Notes: a model not told the origin generated them from the sequence alone. DNA of 63,763 bases, filler included, from Craspedostauros australis (GCA_030167865.1; 17 parts of 17 records of this genome joined end to end with filler, not necessarily neighbours in it); one strand, 5' to 3'; positions 50,999 to 62,481 are shown, counted from the first letter of the whole stretch. Program-made: numbers and translations.

Positions 50999-51425
50999 CC
51001 ATCGAGAAAGCATAGTGCTCTTTCCGGCAGTGTGTGTGTGGGTCCGCGGTTGTGTGGTACATTCGTACATGCACACCAATAGTCGTATGGAATGGATGTT
51101 CCCATGAAGTCGCTGCTTCTCCCCATCGAAACAGCGCAGAAAGAGACTCAACAATTAAAAGTAGGAACAAATTCGCTGAAACAAAGAACGCCAACATGTC
51201 AAGTTGGATTGATGTGGTCGGACGTGCATCGACGAAACCCAGAAGCGGTCCAAAAATGTGCACATCCATCAGGTCATAAAGCTTAAAATAGGACCATACT
51301 AAAAATGCAATGGCTCAATATTTAAAAGGAGACTACAAGGATTACGAATATGTGCTTGGTTTGGTTATCCCTGAAAAAGGTGGAATGTTCATTTCAAAGT
51401 CTTGATCGACTCGCTCGAGGGGCTC

Positions 51426-54080
51426 TTAGATGACTTCGCAGGCAGTTCGATTTGGTCCAGGGCAATCATTCTCTGCGTCGTCGATTACGTACGTCTCGTT
51501 GGCTGACGTACACAATGGTCCCTGGACACAATTTTTGCAGGTGGCGGCTGGCTTGCAGACTCCTGCTCTGATGATGATGTCGTTGGTTGCACTGTCACTT
51601 TTGCCAAGACGAAGGCACGTTTGCTCTCCCGGACAGGCACCGGCTTCGACGATCACGCTTCCTGCGAATTTGATGGAAGAACGGCTATGCAATTCAAAGC
51701 AAGTGAAGCTCCCTTGGCAAGCATTCTTTCCGATGAAGACACGTGCCACGATCGGTGTCGTGGTTGTAGACCCTTGGTTGGCGCGGGAAGAAATGGCAGT
51801 GCATGAATTCATTGTATCGCATGCTCCTTCTTGCACTCGTATATCGCCAAAGATATTAGCTCCAACACCATTGCAGCTCTGCTGTTCAACACAAGCTCTT
51901 GGCCCGATCACCCTGGATCCAACTTTGACACCAGCAGCTGGATGATTTGGGAAGAAATTGCCCAACCGAAAGCAGGCACCAAGTCCCTTGCAACTGTCAA
52001 GTATGATTGCGTTGGGACGTGTGAATCTGCAGGCCTGATCTCCGACACATGACTCTGAGCTCACCGTCATGACACCACCATTCGCAGAGTCAATGGTGCA
52101 AGAATTACTGTCCCTGCAGCATGAGCCATTGCACGCATTCGTCACCACAGACGCGCTCCCAGTGAAGAGCTTTGTGTTCTCCTCCACGATCGCCAACAAT
52201 GCCTTGGTCACACTTTCGTCGTTCTTGATCTTGTCAAAACGTTTCTGTGCCACCTCCAATGCCACGGGCTGTGGAGGGTCTTCATCATTGCATCCAAAGA
52301 TGCTGTTGATCATCTTGCGCTTACCCTTGTCAGCCAGAGCATCAACCTCAGAGACGAAGTCCGCACATGTGCCTGTTGCACCATCGCACAATATGTCACC
52401 ATCGATGGAATTGAACGTTTGTGTGGCGTCACCCGGTGCTGAGAGACATCCTACGGTGAAAGATGCAGGGGCAAGAGTTGGAGCTGACGTCGGCGCCGAG
52501 GTGGGAGCCGATGTTGGATCTGATGTCGGAGTCGATGTGGGAACAGATGTGGGTTCAACCGACACAGTGGGAAATGGGGTGGGAAAGAACGTCGGACACT
52601 CCGTTGGCAATGTGTCCTTGCCAACGCAATACTCATCCACCTTGTCACCCGTTGGAAGGAAGTTTGTGTCTCTGCCTCCCTTGGGACAGGCTTGCTCCAC
52701 ATCACTGATGAGATATACCTCATCAAAGTTGCACTCCATCTTCGTCATGCACGCCCAACAGCTCCGAACACCGCCACAACCACCAGAAGGAATGATGATA
52801 TCCGTCCTCATCCTGTCATTCAAGCCAAGCTTCTCGCATGAGCCTTCATTGGCACAGCCACCATCGCCAATGGTCAGGCTTCCTGTAATCTTTCCACCTG
52901 GGAAACGACTCACAGTGGAATGGGCATCCTTGCAGGCATTGTTGCCAACGCAAGCATTCGAGCCAATGTCGATGTGACTTTGGTAGCGGAAGGATGGTGC
53001 GGATTGTGCGACGCGGCGGCCAGCTGAAGTACATGGTTCGGTACCGATACACGCACCCTCCTGGATGGTCACGTCGCCGCTGGACAGCTGCCCCACTCCC
53101 TCACAGGATTGCGCGCTGGTGCATGCACCTTCACCAACGAAGGTCACTCCTGTGATGAAGGGATTGATCTCGCTCTGATTCATGGATTCGCATGCACTCA
53201 CGCCAGTGCAGGAAGAATCCAGGATGAGAGGATTCGGTCCCATGTCCTTGCAGGCGCTGTCACCGGTACAGGCCGTGATGGCGACGGTCATGAATGGAGG
53301 AGAGTTGGAGGCGGATCCGGTGACTGAGGTGCATCCCGATGATCCTTGGCAGCATGGATTGGCGGCGGATGGAGATTGGGCCATTCCGATGGACATGCAT
53401 GCTGCCTCCATTGCATCTGGCCGCTCGGTGACGAGGAGCGGCTTGGTGGCAGCGATCAGGGCCAATTGGCCAGCAAGCACGTCGTCAGATGCGTACTTGT
53501 TGAAGAGCTTGCGAGCGGCTCCTTCGCCGAGGTTTCCTGTGCATCCGAAGAAGTTCTGCAGTACCTTGGATTCCCTCACGGCGGTCACTGCCTCACGGCA
53601 TGATGGCTTGGCAGAGTTGCAGATGATGGTCTTGGCACTTGCCTCTTGTGGTGTGAGGATGGTGGCACCATCGGGCTTGCAGACAACGGAGATGGTGGAA
53701 TCGAAGTCCATCGGAGGAGCTGATGGAGCTGGCGGCATGGTCGGCGATGAGGTCGGAGAGGGTGCGAGATAGGCTGTTGGATGAGCGCTTGGAATCCATG
53801 TGGGCATGGTTGTTAGACCTGCAGCCTCCTTGGAGGTTGAAGGCATTGAAGATGGCGGATTGGAGGGATCCAAGACGCCGTCTTTGTTTGTTTTGGCAAC
53901 CTTGTTGTCGCCGACGCCGACAGCAACCTTGATTGTGCGAGTGGCTTGCAACGCCAGGTGCATTTCATCCACAACAGCCGTGGCTTTTTCTCCTTTTAGG
54001 CGCGCTTCAGCCACCGCCATGAAGGCAACAAGGAGAGTGGTGGCGATGATTGTCTTGGTGTTGATCATGTTGATAATCAT
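51426..54080 (-). CDS. Secreted Cys-rich protein with two internally duplicated C-x5-C repeat domains and PT/TSAP linkers, paralogue 2 (complete, 884 aa)
   Basis: Signal peptide, long intronless ORF, paralogue in the same window. Confidence 0.9.
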   Translation of the reverse strand: MIINMINTKTIIATTLLVAFMAVAEARLKGEKATAVVDEMHLALQATRTIKVAVGVGDNKVAKTNKDGVLDPSNPPSSMPSTSKEAAGLTTMPTWIPSAHPTAYLAPSPTSSPTMPPAPSAPPMDFDSTISVVCKPDGATILTPQEASAKTIICNSAKPSCREAVTAVRESKVLQNFFGCTGNLGEGAARKLFNKYASDDVLAGQLALIAATKPLLVTERPDAMEAACMSIGMAQSPSAANPCCQGSSGCTSVTGSASNSPPFMTVAITACTGDSACKDMGPNPLILDSSCTGVSACESMNQSEINPFITGVTFVGEGACTSAQSCEGVGQLSSGDVTIQEGACIGTEPCTSAGRRVAQSAPSFRYQSHIDIGSNACVGNNACKDAHSTVSRFPGGKITGSLTIGDGGCANEGSCEKLGLNDRMRTDIIIPSGGCGGVRSCWACMTKMECNFDEVYLISDVEQACPKGGRDTNFLPTGDKVDEYCVGKDTLPTECPTFFPTPFPTVSVEPTSVPTSTPTSDPTSAPTSAPTSAPTLAPASFTVGCLSAPGDATQTFNSIDGDILCDGATGTCADFVSEVDALADKGKRKMINSIFGCNDEDPPQPVALEVAQKRFDKIKNDESVTKALLAIVEENTKLFTGSASVVTNACNGSCCRDSNSCTIDSANGGVMTVSSESCVGDQACRFTRPNAIILDSCKGLGACFRLGNFFPNHPAAGVKVGSRVIGPRACVEQQSCNGVGANIFGDIRVQEGACDTMNSCTAISSRANQGSTTTTPIVARVFIGKNACQGSFTCFELHSRSSIKFAGSVIVEAGACPGEQTCLRLGKSDSATNDIIIRAGVCKPAATCKNCVQGPLCTSANETYVIDDAENDCPGPNRTACEVI

Positions 54081-55507
54081 GGTTCTCGGGTTGTGCGTAT
54101 GTTGTGGAGTGATGGAATGGTGGGATTCGTTGCTAGTGCTGGTGCTGATGCTGTTGCTGCAAGTTGCCGTTTCGAAGTGGAACTTGTTGATTTTGTGAGA
54201 GGAGATGATGATGATGACGCTGGTCCTTTTGCTTCCTGTTCCCCCTCAGACAACGCCAAGAGCAAAGGGCTTCGACTGTAGGAGTTGGAGAGCACATGTT
54301 TGATGCTGTGCATGTGGCTGTACTGTTCGTGTCACTCCGAAAAGCGAAGGTTCCCCTCCTTGTATTGCGTTGTTTCCAATTTCGTCTCCGCTCAGAAACG
54401 CCGTGTGAATGCGATCGCGAACTCATCAGAGCATCACGCAGAATGAAGCTGATGGCGCAAGAGGGAACATGCGTACCAGACAGCAGAACATCGTGGTCCA
54501 ATGGCCTTGAAATGGGTGCTGATGTCAACTGCGGTTGAAGTCCGCGTGAGCCACCTTCAAGATTGAAGATGAAGTATCAGAACCATGTGTCGCCCACCGT
54601 ACTCGTATGCAGGATGGATCCGTTCGCATCGCGTTGTGATGTGTGTAACGTTGTCCCCATGGCGTTGTTGTTACTTCGCCCGATCAAAATGACATTGGCT
54701 TACTTCAGCCTTTGCCCTTGTCTGTTCCTTCACTCTTGCCTTTGCTCTCACTCTCGCTCTCGCTCTCGATCTTGGTCTTGCTCTGTGAATACCGGAGTGT
54801 CATCAGAGAGACGCTTCACTTCATATTGCATTGCATTGCATCGGAGCGAGGGCGCATCTTTCCATCAATCAGACTATTGCCATGCACTGCAATCATGCTG
54901 ATATCTGCTGCAGTTTATGAGACGTTGGAGCGGTGAATCGATGGATCAGCCAAGAGGACTTCCGCATTCAGCTCCCTCGGTCCCCTGTGTCATGTGGCAG
55001 GCATCATCAGCGCGTCTTGTTGTTGCAGTTGGTGTTGTTGCTATCGATTTGCCCATTCGAGCCTGTGTGGTCCACATCGAATTTGAAAAAGAGATGGAAA
55101 CAGACAAAACCAAATACCACACCCAATCAGAACCATTCATGAACATTCGTGAACGGGGAACAAGTCGTCCAACACGACTCAGCTCAAGTCGTCGGTTGAA
55201 TCGTGAAATTTGAATGCAAAATGCCCACGTCTCATTTTACTTGCCGATTCTTTTGAATCCCACAACCAGATTTGGAAGTCAACACGACCGAAGATGCGCT
55301 ATTCGCCGCACGACAACACATTGCGCTGTGCTGCGATACTGCTACCGACAACCACAATCAAACCATCATCATCGTCATCACTATCATCATCATTAGCAGC
55401 ACTACCAACAGCACTACCAACAGCACCATCAACGCAAAGCAAAACGTACAGGCCAGAGCATCATTCGCAGCAATCGCACAGCAAGCAATTGAAGAAAGAA
55501 CGACGAA

Positions 55508-56416
55508 ATGACGACCTCAACGATGGTGCCATCCTTCGTGGGTCGCTACTCTCTCGCGTCGCCGCTGTCGGCGTTCTCATCAACGGGAAGCCCCGCTGCA
55601 GGTGATCCTCACGACGCTGATGTCGAGGTGCAGCGCCAAGCGCAACGAGAGCGGTGCCATGGTCCGCGCCAGCAGATAGACCCCTTTGCCATCGAGAGCA
55701 TCACAATCACGAAGAAGCAGGAGAATGACGGCCGGTGGATCAGGATCAAGGAGACCATGATGCAGAATGGGACGCAGTTCCTGGAGAAGCGAGTCGTGGC
55801 CCCATTGCAGCATGCATTCCGAGAGCACACCAACGCTGGAAGCATGAAACCAATGCAACAAACGCCGTCGTCGCCGTCATTATCGCTGCCATCGCATACG
55901 AGACGCACGACATCCTACGAAGCCGTTTCAACGTGCGACGATGCCAATTCCGCCTTCGCAGCGATACTGCCGTCGTCAGCATCGACAATGACAGTGGCAG
56001 CGAAGGCGGCAGATCAAGCACCGCATCACAGCCAGCAGGAGTCATCGTTGATCAGCGCCACTCCTACTCGCACCAAGTCCATCGCTGGCAGAATCAACAG
56101 CGCCTTGGGCGATGAAAACGAAGAAGACATGACCTCGATCATCATCCCTCTCGGTGAATTGAGTCACACGAGAGATCAACGAAGTGGCGGGCGCACGACC
56201 AAAACAACAAGGCGCATCGCATTCACCATGACTTCGTTCCTGCTGTTCATGTTCGTCGCGTCCCGATCGATATCATCAGAACCACAGCCAGCAGCGGCAG
56301 TAGCAGCATCCGCAACAACGGTGGAAACCAGAATGATATCGGAATCGGTACCATCCGACGCGCTTCTGCCGTCGGTAGAATCCACGAGCACGATGATGGC
56401 AGACGGCGACGAATGA
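55508..56416 (+). CDS. Hypothetical Ser/Thr-rich protein with one hydrophobic segment
   Basis: 302-aa complete ORF; RRIAFTMTSFLLFMFVAS candidate TM helix; no family recognised. Confidence 0.55.
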   Translation: MTTSTMVPSFVGRYSLASPLSAFSSTGSPAAGDPHDADVEVQRQAQRERCHGPRQQIDPFAIESITITKKQENDGRWIRIKETMMQNGTQFLEKRVVAPLQHAFREHTNAGSMKPMQQTPSSPSLSLPSHTRRTTSYEAVSTCDDANSAFAAILPSSASTMTVAAKAADQAPHHSQQESSLISATPTRTKSIAGRINSALGDENEEDMTSIIIPLGELSHTRDQRSGGRTTKTTRRIAFTMTSFLLFMFVASRSISSEPQPAAAVAASATTVETRMISESVPSDALLPSVESTSTMMADGDE

Positions 56417-57801
56417 AATCGAGGGTGTCGCCACGAATGGAAAAGCGCGGTCTTCCGATACCTTCGATCAGAATCATCCAGAATCAATCATTGGGCAGAA
56501 ACAGGTATTGCATTGTATTGTAGGAGACAAGGGAACAATCAGCAGAGTGTATTGCTGTACTCTTCACTTTCGAAAGACACAGGACACTGATCAGGAACAG
56601 GAACCTGACAATAATTGAGCATAGTAGTAGCAGTCGTAGGTAGTCCGCTCGGACTGGTAATATATTTGTGAATTTCGAACTTACATGTGCAGTACGACTA
56701 TCCATGGACATGCTCTTCCGAATTCCTGTTCCTCCTCCCGCAAAGGTGGCGTCTGCCAGTGACCCAAGTTGGTGACAATGTCGTTCTGTCTGTCTGTCCA
56801 GCCATCGCCAGCGAGTTCAAACTTCAGGATGATGATCGTACCGTCGGCAGTTCTCCCACAGTATGGCAACACAGATACAAGTACCCTCGAAGCATACAGA
56901 GATCGCGCTCCGACTTGCTCTTCTCTGCACTTGGTCACAAACGCTTCTCGGAGCTGCAAACACGACACGACACAACACTAACGAACATGGATGCGGATAC
57001 TGACAGAACCCTCCAATTCTCCCCTGTATCTGAAGACCACTGTACCGGTTGGTTTCGATAACCTCGTCTTTGTTATCGATCACATCTGGATGGCTGGTGA
57101 ACTGCGAAACTCTCGCATTTTCAAAAATAGTTCTCCTCAGTGAGTGCACTCGAGACTGACAACCCACACACACTTATGGAAACAGTTCTATGTTCCAAGG
57201 GGTAAGCAGAGAAAAGAAGCACGGACAGCGCGCTCTTCTCTTGTTGCCTTGCGGCGATAATTGAATTTCAGCACACGACTACCGATGCACGCGACGCCCT
57301 CCAAGTTCGCCTCGTTTGGCGAGGCTATCTGTTCGAAAATGGACTTATCTGCGCTGCGATGAAGTACGACTATGGTCTGCCGCTTAATCAAGCACACGGG
57401 GAATATTCTTGATACAACAATGTCGCCTGTCTGAAGAACCAAGGTTCTGCATGCGTGAAAGACCATCCACACCAGCCACGACATTGAAGACCCTTCGAAG
57501 TCCTGTCGATTGGAAATGCTCCGCGATCTGCGGGTGCGCGAGCACGAGCCGCGTACTTGCAGACACCACATCGAAGCGATAAATCGAGAAATGGGAAAAG
57601 CGCACATCACTAAAAATAGGTTCCGAGCATGTCAGCGTATTCTACGCCATGGGCTGATGCAAAGTGTCCCTTCATGGTCGACCTTGAGAGAGAGGGAGTC
57701 AGCCGATCGATCATCCAGGTTGCACACAATCTCGGTTCAGACCAAACCAACAAGACAACCACCAATCTATCCTCGACGATCAAACTCAACGCCGATACAC
57801 C

Positions 57802-60800
57802 ATGAATTCTCAAGGCCTCTCCACCGTCAGCAATGGCAACGACAATGACAACACAGAGAACACCAAGTCTGTGGACGAACGCGTCACCGTTGCCGTCACT
57901 GCTCCAAAACAGGCCAACGAAGGCAACTACAAAGATGCCATGGCGATTGATGATATCAAGGCCGACCGCATCAAGACGTCCTCTCCCCCAATGCCAGCTC
58001 TTGCGTCGAAGCAGATGCTGTCTCCCACCGACGCCACCGAGCACGAGATCATCCACCAATCCATCAAGGAGAATTCCTTCGTCGATCATCTCAAGTTCAT
58101 CGTCGAACTCAAGTCCGACCTCGTCTTCTCCACTTGGTACGACGAGAAGGGAAAGGCAGTCAATAACTACACCTTCCAACAGATCTGGGATGAATCGGGC
58201 CACTGCGCATACCTCCTTCGCAACAAGTGGGGCGTCAACAAGGGCGATCGCGTCGTTCTCTGCTACGACTTTGGGCTGCACTTCTTCGCGATATTCTTGG
58301 GATGTCTCCGCGCAGGCGTGACTGCCGTGCTCGTCTATCCTCCGGGACCTCCACTCGTCAAGTCACTCGCTAAGATGAACAAGGTGGTCGAGGATTGCTC
58401 TCCAGCCCTCATCCTCACCCAAACATCCATCAACGTGCTCCGCGCCGCCGATCGAGCCAACCCAGTATCGAAGAGCCGTGCCATGTGGCCAAGCGGAGTG
58501 AAGTTTCAAGTCACCGATCGCACCATTCGCCATGATGCGCTTGCCGGCCACAAGAACAGTGCGAAACGAGCGAGCAGGAGCCTGCTGTCCCGTGCCATCT
58601 CTGGTCGTTCGCCGGCTTCTACGTCGACAATGGCAATGAAATCCTTTGATGAACCTACCATTGAAGGCTCCGACATTGCCTTCCTCCAGTACACATCTGG
58701 AAGCACGGGAAACCCGAAGGGTGTGATGGTAACTCACGATGCATTGAGAGCAAACGTTGAACTGCTGCACAGTGGCTGGCTGGAATGCCTTGAACGCGAT
58801 TTGGGTGACATGAGCAAGTTGCCCGAACGTATCACCACGTTTTCATGGTTGCCACAGTACCACGACCTGGGCCTGATCCAGCTTACCATCGTCCCATTGG
58901 CGGGCGCTTTCCGTACACACATGATGTCGCCGGTTTCCTTCATCCGTAATCCATTGCTTTGGATGGATCTCATTTCCAAGCACAAGTGCCATTTCACAGT
59001 CGCCCCCGACTTTGGCTACAGGCTGGTCACTCGTAAGTTCAACGAAATCAAGGCGCGAGGAGGTGATCGTTCGGATCCCATCCCCAACCTCGATCTATCA
59101 AGCATGTTCCGTTTCCAAAATGCTGCAGAGCCTATCCGCTTGGATACGACTGAACTGTTCTCCGCAGTATTCAGCCCACACGGCTTGCGCAAGGAGTGGT
59201 TCATGGCTGGATACGGTCTGGCTGAGCATGTTGTTGGCGTGAGCTATCAGCAAGGATTCCAGGTATCATCCATCCGAGAAGATGAAGATCTCCATCCCTT
59301 CGTGGCCATCGCCCATCGCGACACTCTGCACCACTCCGTTGACATCGTCATCGTGGATCCCAATTCACGCAAGGAGGTCCATGACAACACCACTGGAGAG
59401 ATTTGGATTGCTGGACCATGCGTCGCCGCCGGGTACTACGGCCAACCAGACCTGACTGCGGAGACCTTCCATGCTGCACTCCAAGGCGTGTCATGCGACG
59501 CCAACACCAACGCCAACACCAATGCCGATGATAAGGTGTATTTGCGTACCGGTGACTACGGATTCTACCAAGATGACTATCTCTACATTTGCGGACGCAA
59601 GAAGGACATCATCATCGTCAACGGCGTCAACTACTACCCGCAGGACATTGAACATACCGTCCAGGACGCGTCGTCTGCCGTTCGTCCGGGTTGTGTCGCT
59701 GCGTTCTCCTCGAACGAAACCGATGGAGATGGACGACTGCAGATCGTATTCGAGATCCGATCGTCACACATCAGCGAGGTCGAATCGGTGTGCAGAAACA
59801 TCCAACAAGCAGTCCTCGAACACATCGGACTTGCGCCAGCAACCATCACAGCAATCGAAGAGCGCACCATCTCCAAGACCACAAGCGGGAAGATCCAACG
59901 CCGCCGCAACCGCCGACGCCTGCATGACGAAGTACACAAGGTGGTGCTCCACATTGTCGCCAAAGATGGCATTGCGGAGCAATCAAAATCATGCTCATCA
60001 GGAAATGGCGCCGCCCGAGGCACGGCTCTGGAAGACAAGGACTTCGATGCGATCGTGATGGACACCATCGGAGTACAAATCAAGGCGGGTGACACATGGA
60101 AGGAGATTGGGCTGTCGTCCATGGCAGAGCTTGAGCTGCGACAGGCGCTGTCCAAACGATACAGCACCACCATCCCTCCCGACTCCTTCGATCTATTTCC
60201 ATCGGTCATTGACCTGAGGACCTCCCTCGAGGCATCGGCCGGTCGGCCACTGCCAACCAACCTCCCGAGCCTCAAGAAGATCACTACGGTTCCGAATGAG
60301 AAGCCGCTGTCCCAAGCAACGGCCACGGCCATCCAGTTCGTAGGTGGCCTTGCCATTCTGTTCCTATTTGCGCTTCCCATCATCCCGGCATACGAATTTG
60401 GGAAGATGCTGGCCAATGGAAGCAACACGCAAGCAGAATTCACCATTGGGACATCCTCCGACGAGTACGAGTACAAATGGGCGTACTATCCCTTCGTCGT
60501 TCCAGTCTGGTTGACCGCGCTGTCCGTGGAGGTCATTCTGATGAAGTGGATCGTCGTTGGCAGATACCGAGAAGGGTACGCGAGCTATACAAGCATCTAC
60601 TTCCTGCGATGGTGGTTCGTTGATCGGCTGATCCATGTGTGGGAGACCTTCGTCGGGCGTTTCATCGTCAACACCCCCCTGATGACGCTCTACTGCTACC
60701 TCATGGGCGCGAACGTCCATCGGTCGTCGAACATCTGCGTGTCCATTCGGGAGTTCGATCTGGTGAAGATCGGCGCCCATGCCACGGTGGGCGAGCCCAT

Positions 60801-62481
60801 CCGATGCCGCATGTTCGGCCCGTGGAGGGACGAGGAGGGAGGTCCCACCCTGAGATTCCGCAAGGTAGAAGTTGGATCAGGCACGAAGATCAAGGGCGTC
60901 CTTTGCCCTGGTGTGAAGGTCGGTTCCAACTGTCAGGTGCAACGTCTCTGTGTGATGCCAGAAGGTGCGCAGGCGCCGTCCAACACCGCAATCAAAGGCA
61001 ACCCGGCCTTCGTCGCAAGCTCAAGCGACAGCAAATCGACATGTGCGACTACTGACAAACACAACGATAGTTCAGAAAGCATTGCCGCCAACAATACAGA
61101 AGCAATGCAGGCAACCGCATCAGCAGCAACCACAGCGGCAGGATCATCGAATAACCATCGATGGATCATCATCGGAGCGATGAAGCTACTTTGGTTGGTC
61201 GTGGAGCTGTACATTGCATTCTCTTGCATGCTCGTCGGCAATATCATGGTGAATGGCCAGTTACGAGACTGGAGATACTCCAGGCTACAATACTGGGTCG
61301 TGTCGATCGGAATCGCGTCGCTGCTCCTGCTGCTGTTCAGCATCATCCTCAAATGGGTGTTGATCGGCAAGAAGAAACCGGGCAAGGCAAGGGCAACGAT
61401 CATGTCTGACCTCGCGGACTGGGCTTGTGATTATCACTTCAACCGATCCTGCATGCTCCTGTACATCCTGACAAGCAACTCGATGCTGTGGAACCTCGTC
61501 ATGATGGCCCACGGTATGGACGTCGACTTGCGATCGAAGATCTTCGCGGTGCAATTCCCTCCGTCCAAGGCTGACCTCATCAGGGTCCGCAGGTCGTTCA
61601 TCTCCATGTTCTCCTTCGACATCAAGCACGGCGATCAGTACAAGATGGTCACGATCGAGGACAGCAGCATCGGCATCATGGTCTCGTGCAAGGCGGGCGT
61701 GACGGTCCGCAAGGCGCTGGTATCGCCGCGTACCACCGTCGCCGAGAACCTGATTCGACCACAGCAACATCCTCAGAATCAGCCCTTCTCCGGTTGGGAA
61801 CTTTCGCAGATCGTGGTGAAGAGCACCGTCCTGTACGCCACCTTGATCATGGTCGTGGCAGGCAGCTTCATCCCAGCTTACGAGTTCTGGATGAGCATGG
61901 CCAAGCCGCAGACATCCGCCGGAGTGGTCCCTGTCCTCGCCGCAGCGGTTGTCATCCAGACCATCGTTTGGATCATCGTGCAACGCATCGTAGAGTTCAT
62001 TGTGTTCACGGGAAAGAATACGAGGACGAAGCCATGGAGCCTGTCGCTGTACACGGTATACCTGTCTTTCTGCCACTGGGTGATGAGCTGGTCGTTCACG
62101 CCAGTGCTGTGGGGAACGTCGATGATGAACGCGGTGCTACGCTTCCAAGGCGTCAAGGCCGAAGGTCGGTTGCTCTACTTTGGCTGCCGTCTGTACGAAC
62201 CAACCCACGTGACCATCGCTGGCGGATGCGTGATCGACGATGCTCGGGTCCATGGCCATTACGGCGTGTTTTCCACGGTGACGATCAAGAAATGTCACCT
62301 CAGCGGTGTCTTGCATCCGCAATGCAGCGTCGTGGGAGCCATGGAGGCGTTCGCGACGAAAGAGGACGCAAGGCTCATGGAACATGGGCCCCAGCATGTC
62401 ATCATGGATGTCGGGGATGATTCGACGAACGTTGAAGCCCTTCAGCTGGATGATTGCTCGCCAGCCGAGCATGCGGTTTGA
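57802..62481 (+). CDS. NRPS-like enzyme: FAAL-type adenylation domain, acyl carrier domain and Pls/PosA-like membrane/left-handed-beta-helix terminal region (1559 aa)
   Basis: FLQYTSGSTGNPKGV, SWLPQYHDLGLI, GYGLAEH, LRTGD, GRKKDIII, KTTSGKIQR; carrier motif IGLSSM; then three units of TM pair + KW..G or similar + hexapeptide-like strands. Confidence 0.9.
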   Translation: MNSQGLSTVSNGNDNDNTENTKSVDERVTVAVTAPKQANEGNYKDAMAIDDIKADRIKTSSPPMPALASKQMLSPTDATEHEIIHQSIKENSFVDHLKFIVELKSDLVFSTWYDEKGKAVNNYTFQQIWDESGHCAYLLRNKWGVNKGDRVVLCYDFGLHFFAIFLGCLRAGVTAVLVYPPGPPLVKSLAKMNKVVEDCSPALILTQTSINVLRAADRANPVSKSRAMWPSGVKFQVTDRTIRHDALAGHKNSAKRASRSLLSRAISGRSPASTSTMAMKSFDEPTIEGSDIAFLQYTSGSTGNPKGVMVTHDALRANVELLHSGWLECLERDLGDMSKLPERITTFSWLPQYHDLGLIQLTIVPLAGAFRTHMMSPVSFIRNPLLWMDLISKHKCHFTVAPDFGYRLVTRKFNEIKARGGDRSDPIPNLDLSSMFRFQNAAEPIRLDTTELFSAVFSPHGLRKEWFMAGYGLAEHVVGVSYQQGFQVSSIREDEDLHPFVAIAHRDTLHHSVDIVIVDPNSRKEVHDNTTGEIWIAGPCVAAGYYGQPDLTAETFHAALQGVSCDANTNANTNADDKVYLRTGDYGFYQDDYLYICGRKKDIIIVNGVNYYPQDIEHTVQDASSAVRPGCVAAFSSNETDGDGRLQIVFEIRSSHISEVESVCRNIQQAVLEHIGLAPATITAIEERTISKTTSGKIQRRRNRRRLHDEVHKVVLHIVAKDGIAEQSKSCSSGNGAARGTALEDKDFDAIVMDTIGVQIKAGDTWKEIGLSSMAELELRQALSKRYSTTIPPDSFDLFPSVIDLRTSLEASAGRPLPTNLPSLKKITTVPNEKPLSQATATAIQFVGGLAILFLFALPIIPAYEFGKMLANGSNTQAEFTIGTSSDEYEYKWAYYPFVVPVWLTALSVEVILMKWIVVGRYREGYASYTSIYFLRWWFVDRLIHVWETFVGRFIVNTPLMTLYCYLMGANVHRSSNICVSIREFDLVKIGAHATVGEPIRCRMFGPWRDEEGGPTLRFRKVEVGSGTKIKGVLCPGVKVGSNCQVQRLCVMPEGAQAPSNTAIKGNPAFVASSSDSKSTCATTDKHNDSSESIAANNTEAMQATASAATTAAGSSNNHRWIIIGAMKLLWLVVELYIAFSCMLVGNIMVNGQLRDWRYSRLQYWVVSIGIASLLLLLFSIILKWVLIGKKKPGKARATIMSDLADWACDYHFNRSCMLLYILTSNSMLWNLVMMAHGMDVDLRSKIFAVQFPPSKADLIRVRRSFISMFSFDIKHGDQYKMVTIEDSSIGIMVSCKAGVTVRKALVSPRTTVAENLIRPQQHPQNQPFSGWELSQIVVKSTVLYATLIMVVAGSFIPAYEFWMSMAKPQTSAGVVPVLAAAVVIQTIVWIIVQRIVEFIVFTGKNTRTKPWSLSLYTVYLSFCHWVMSWSFTPVLWGTSMMNAVLRFQGVKAEGRLLYFGCRLYEPTHVTIAGGCVIDDARVHGHYGVFSTVTIKKCHLSGVLHPQCSVVGAMEAFATKEDARLMEHGPQHVIMDVGDDSTNVEALQLDDCSPAEHAV

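Noticed and set aside
35509..53772. Long + strand ORFs opposite the Cys-rich and SET genes (e.g. 35509-36270, 43415-44260, 52069-52977)
   Set aside because: Antisense shadows of real coding sequences
51426..62481. Biosynthetic gene cluster around the FAAL enzyme
   Set aside because: Neighbours on the same contig are not recognisable tailoring, PPTase or transport genes; genes on other contigs are not physically linked
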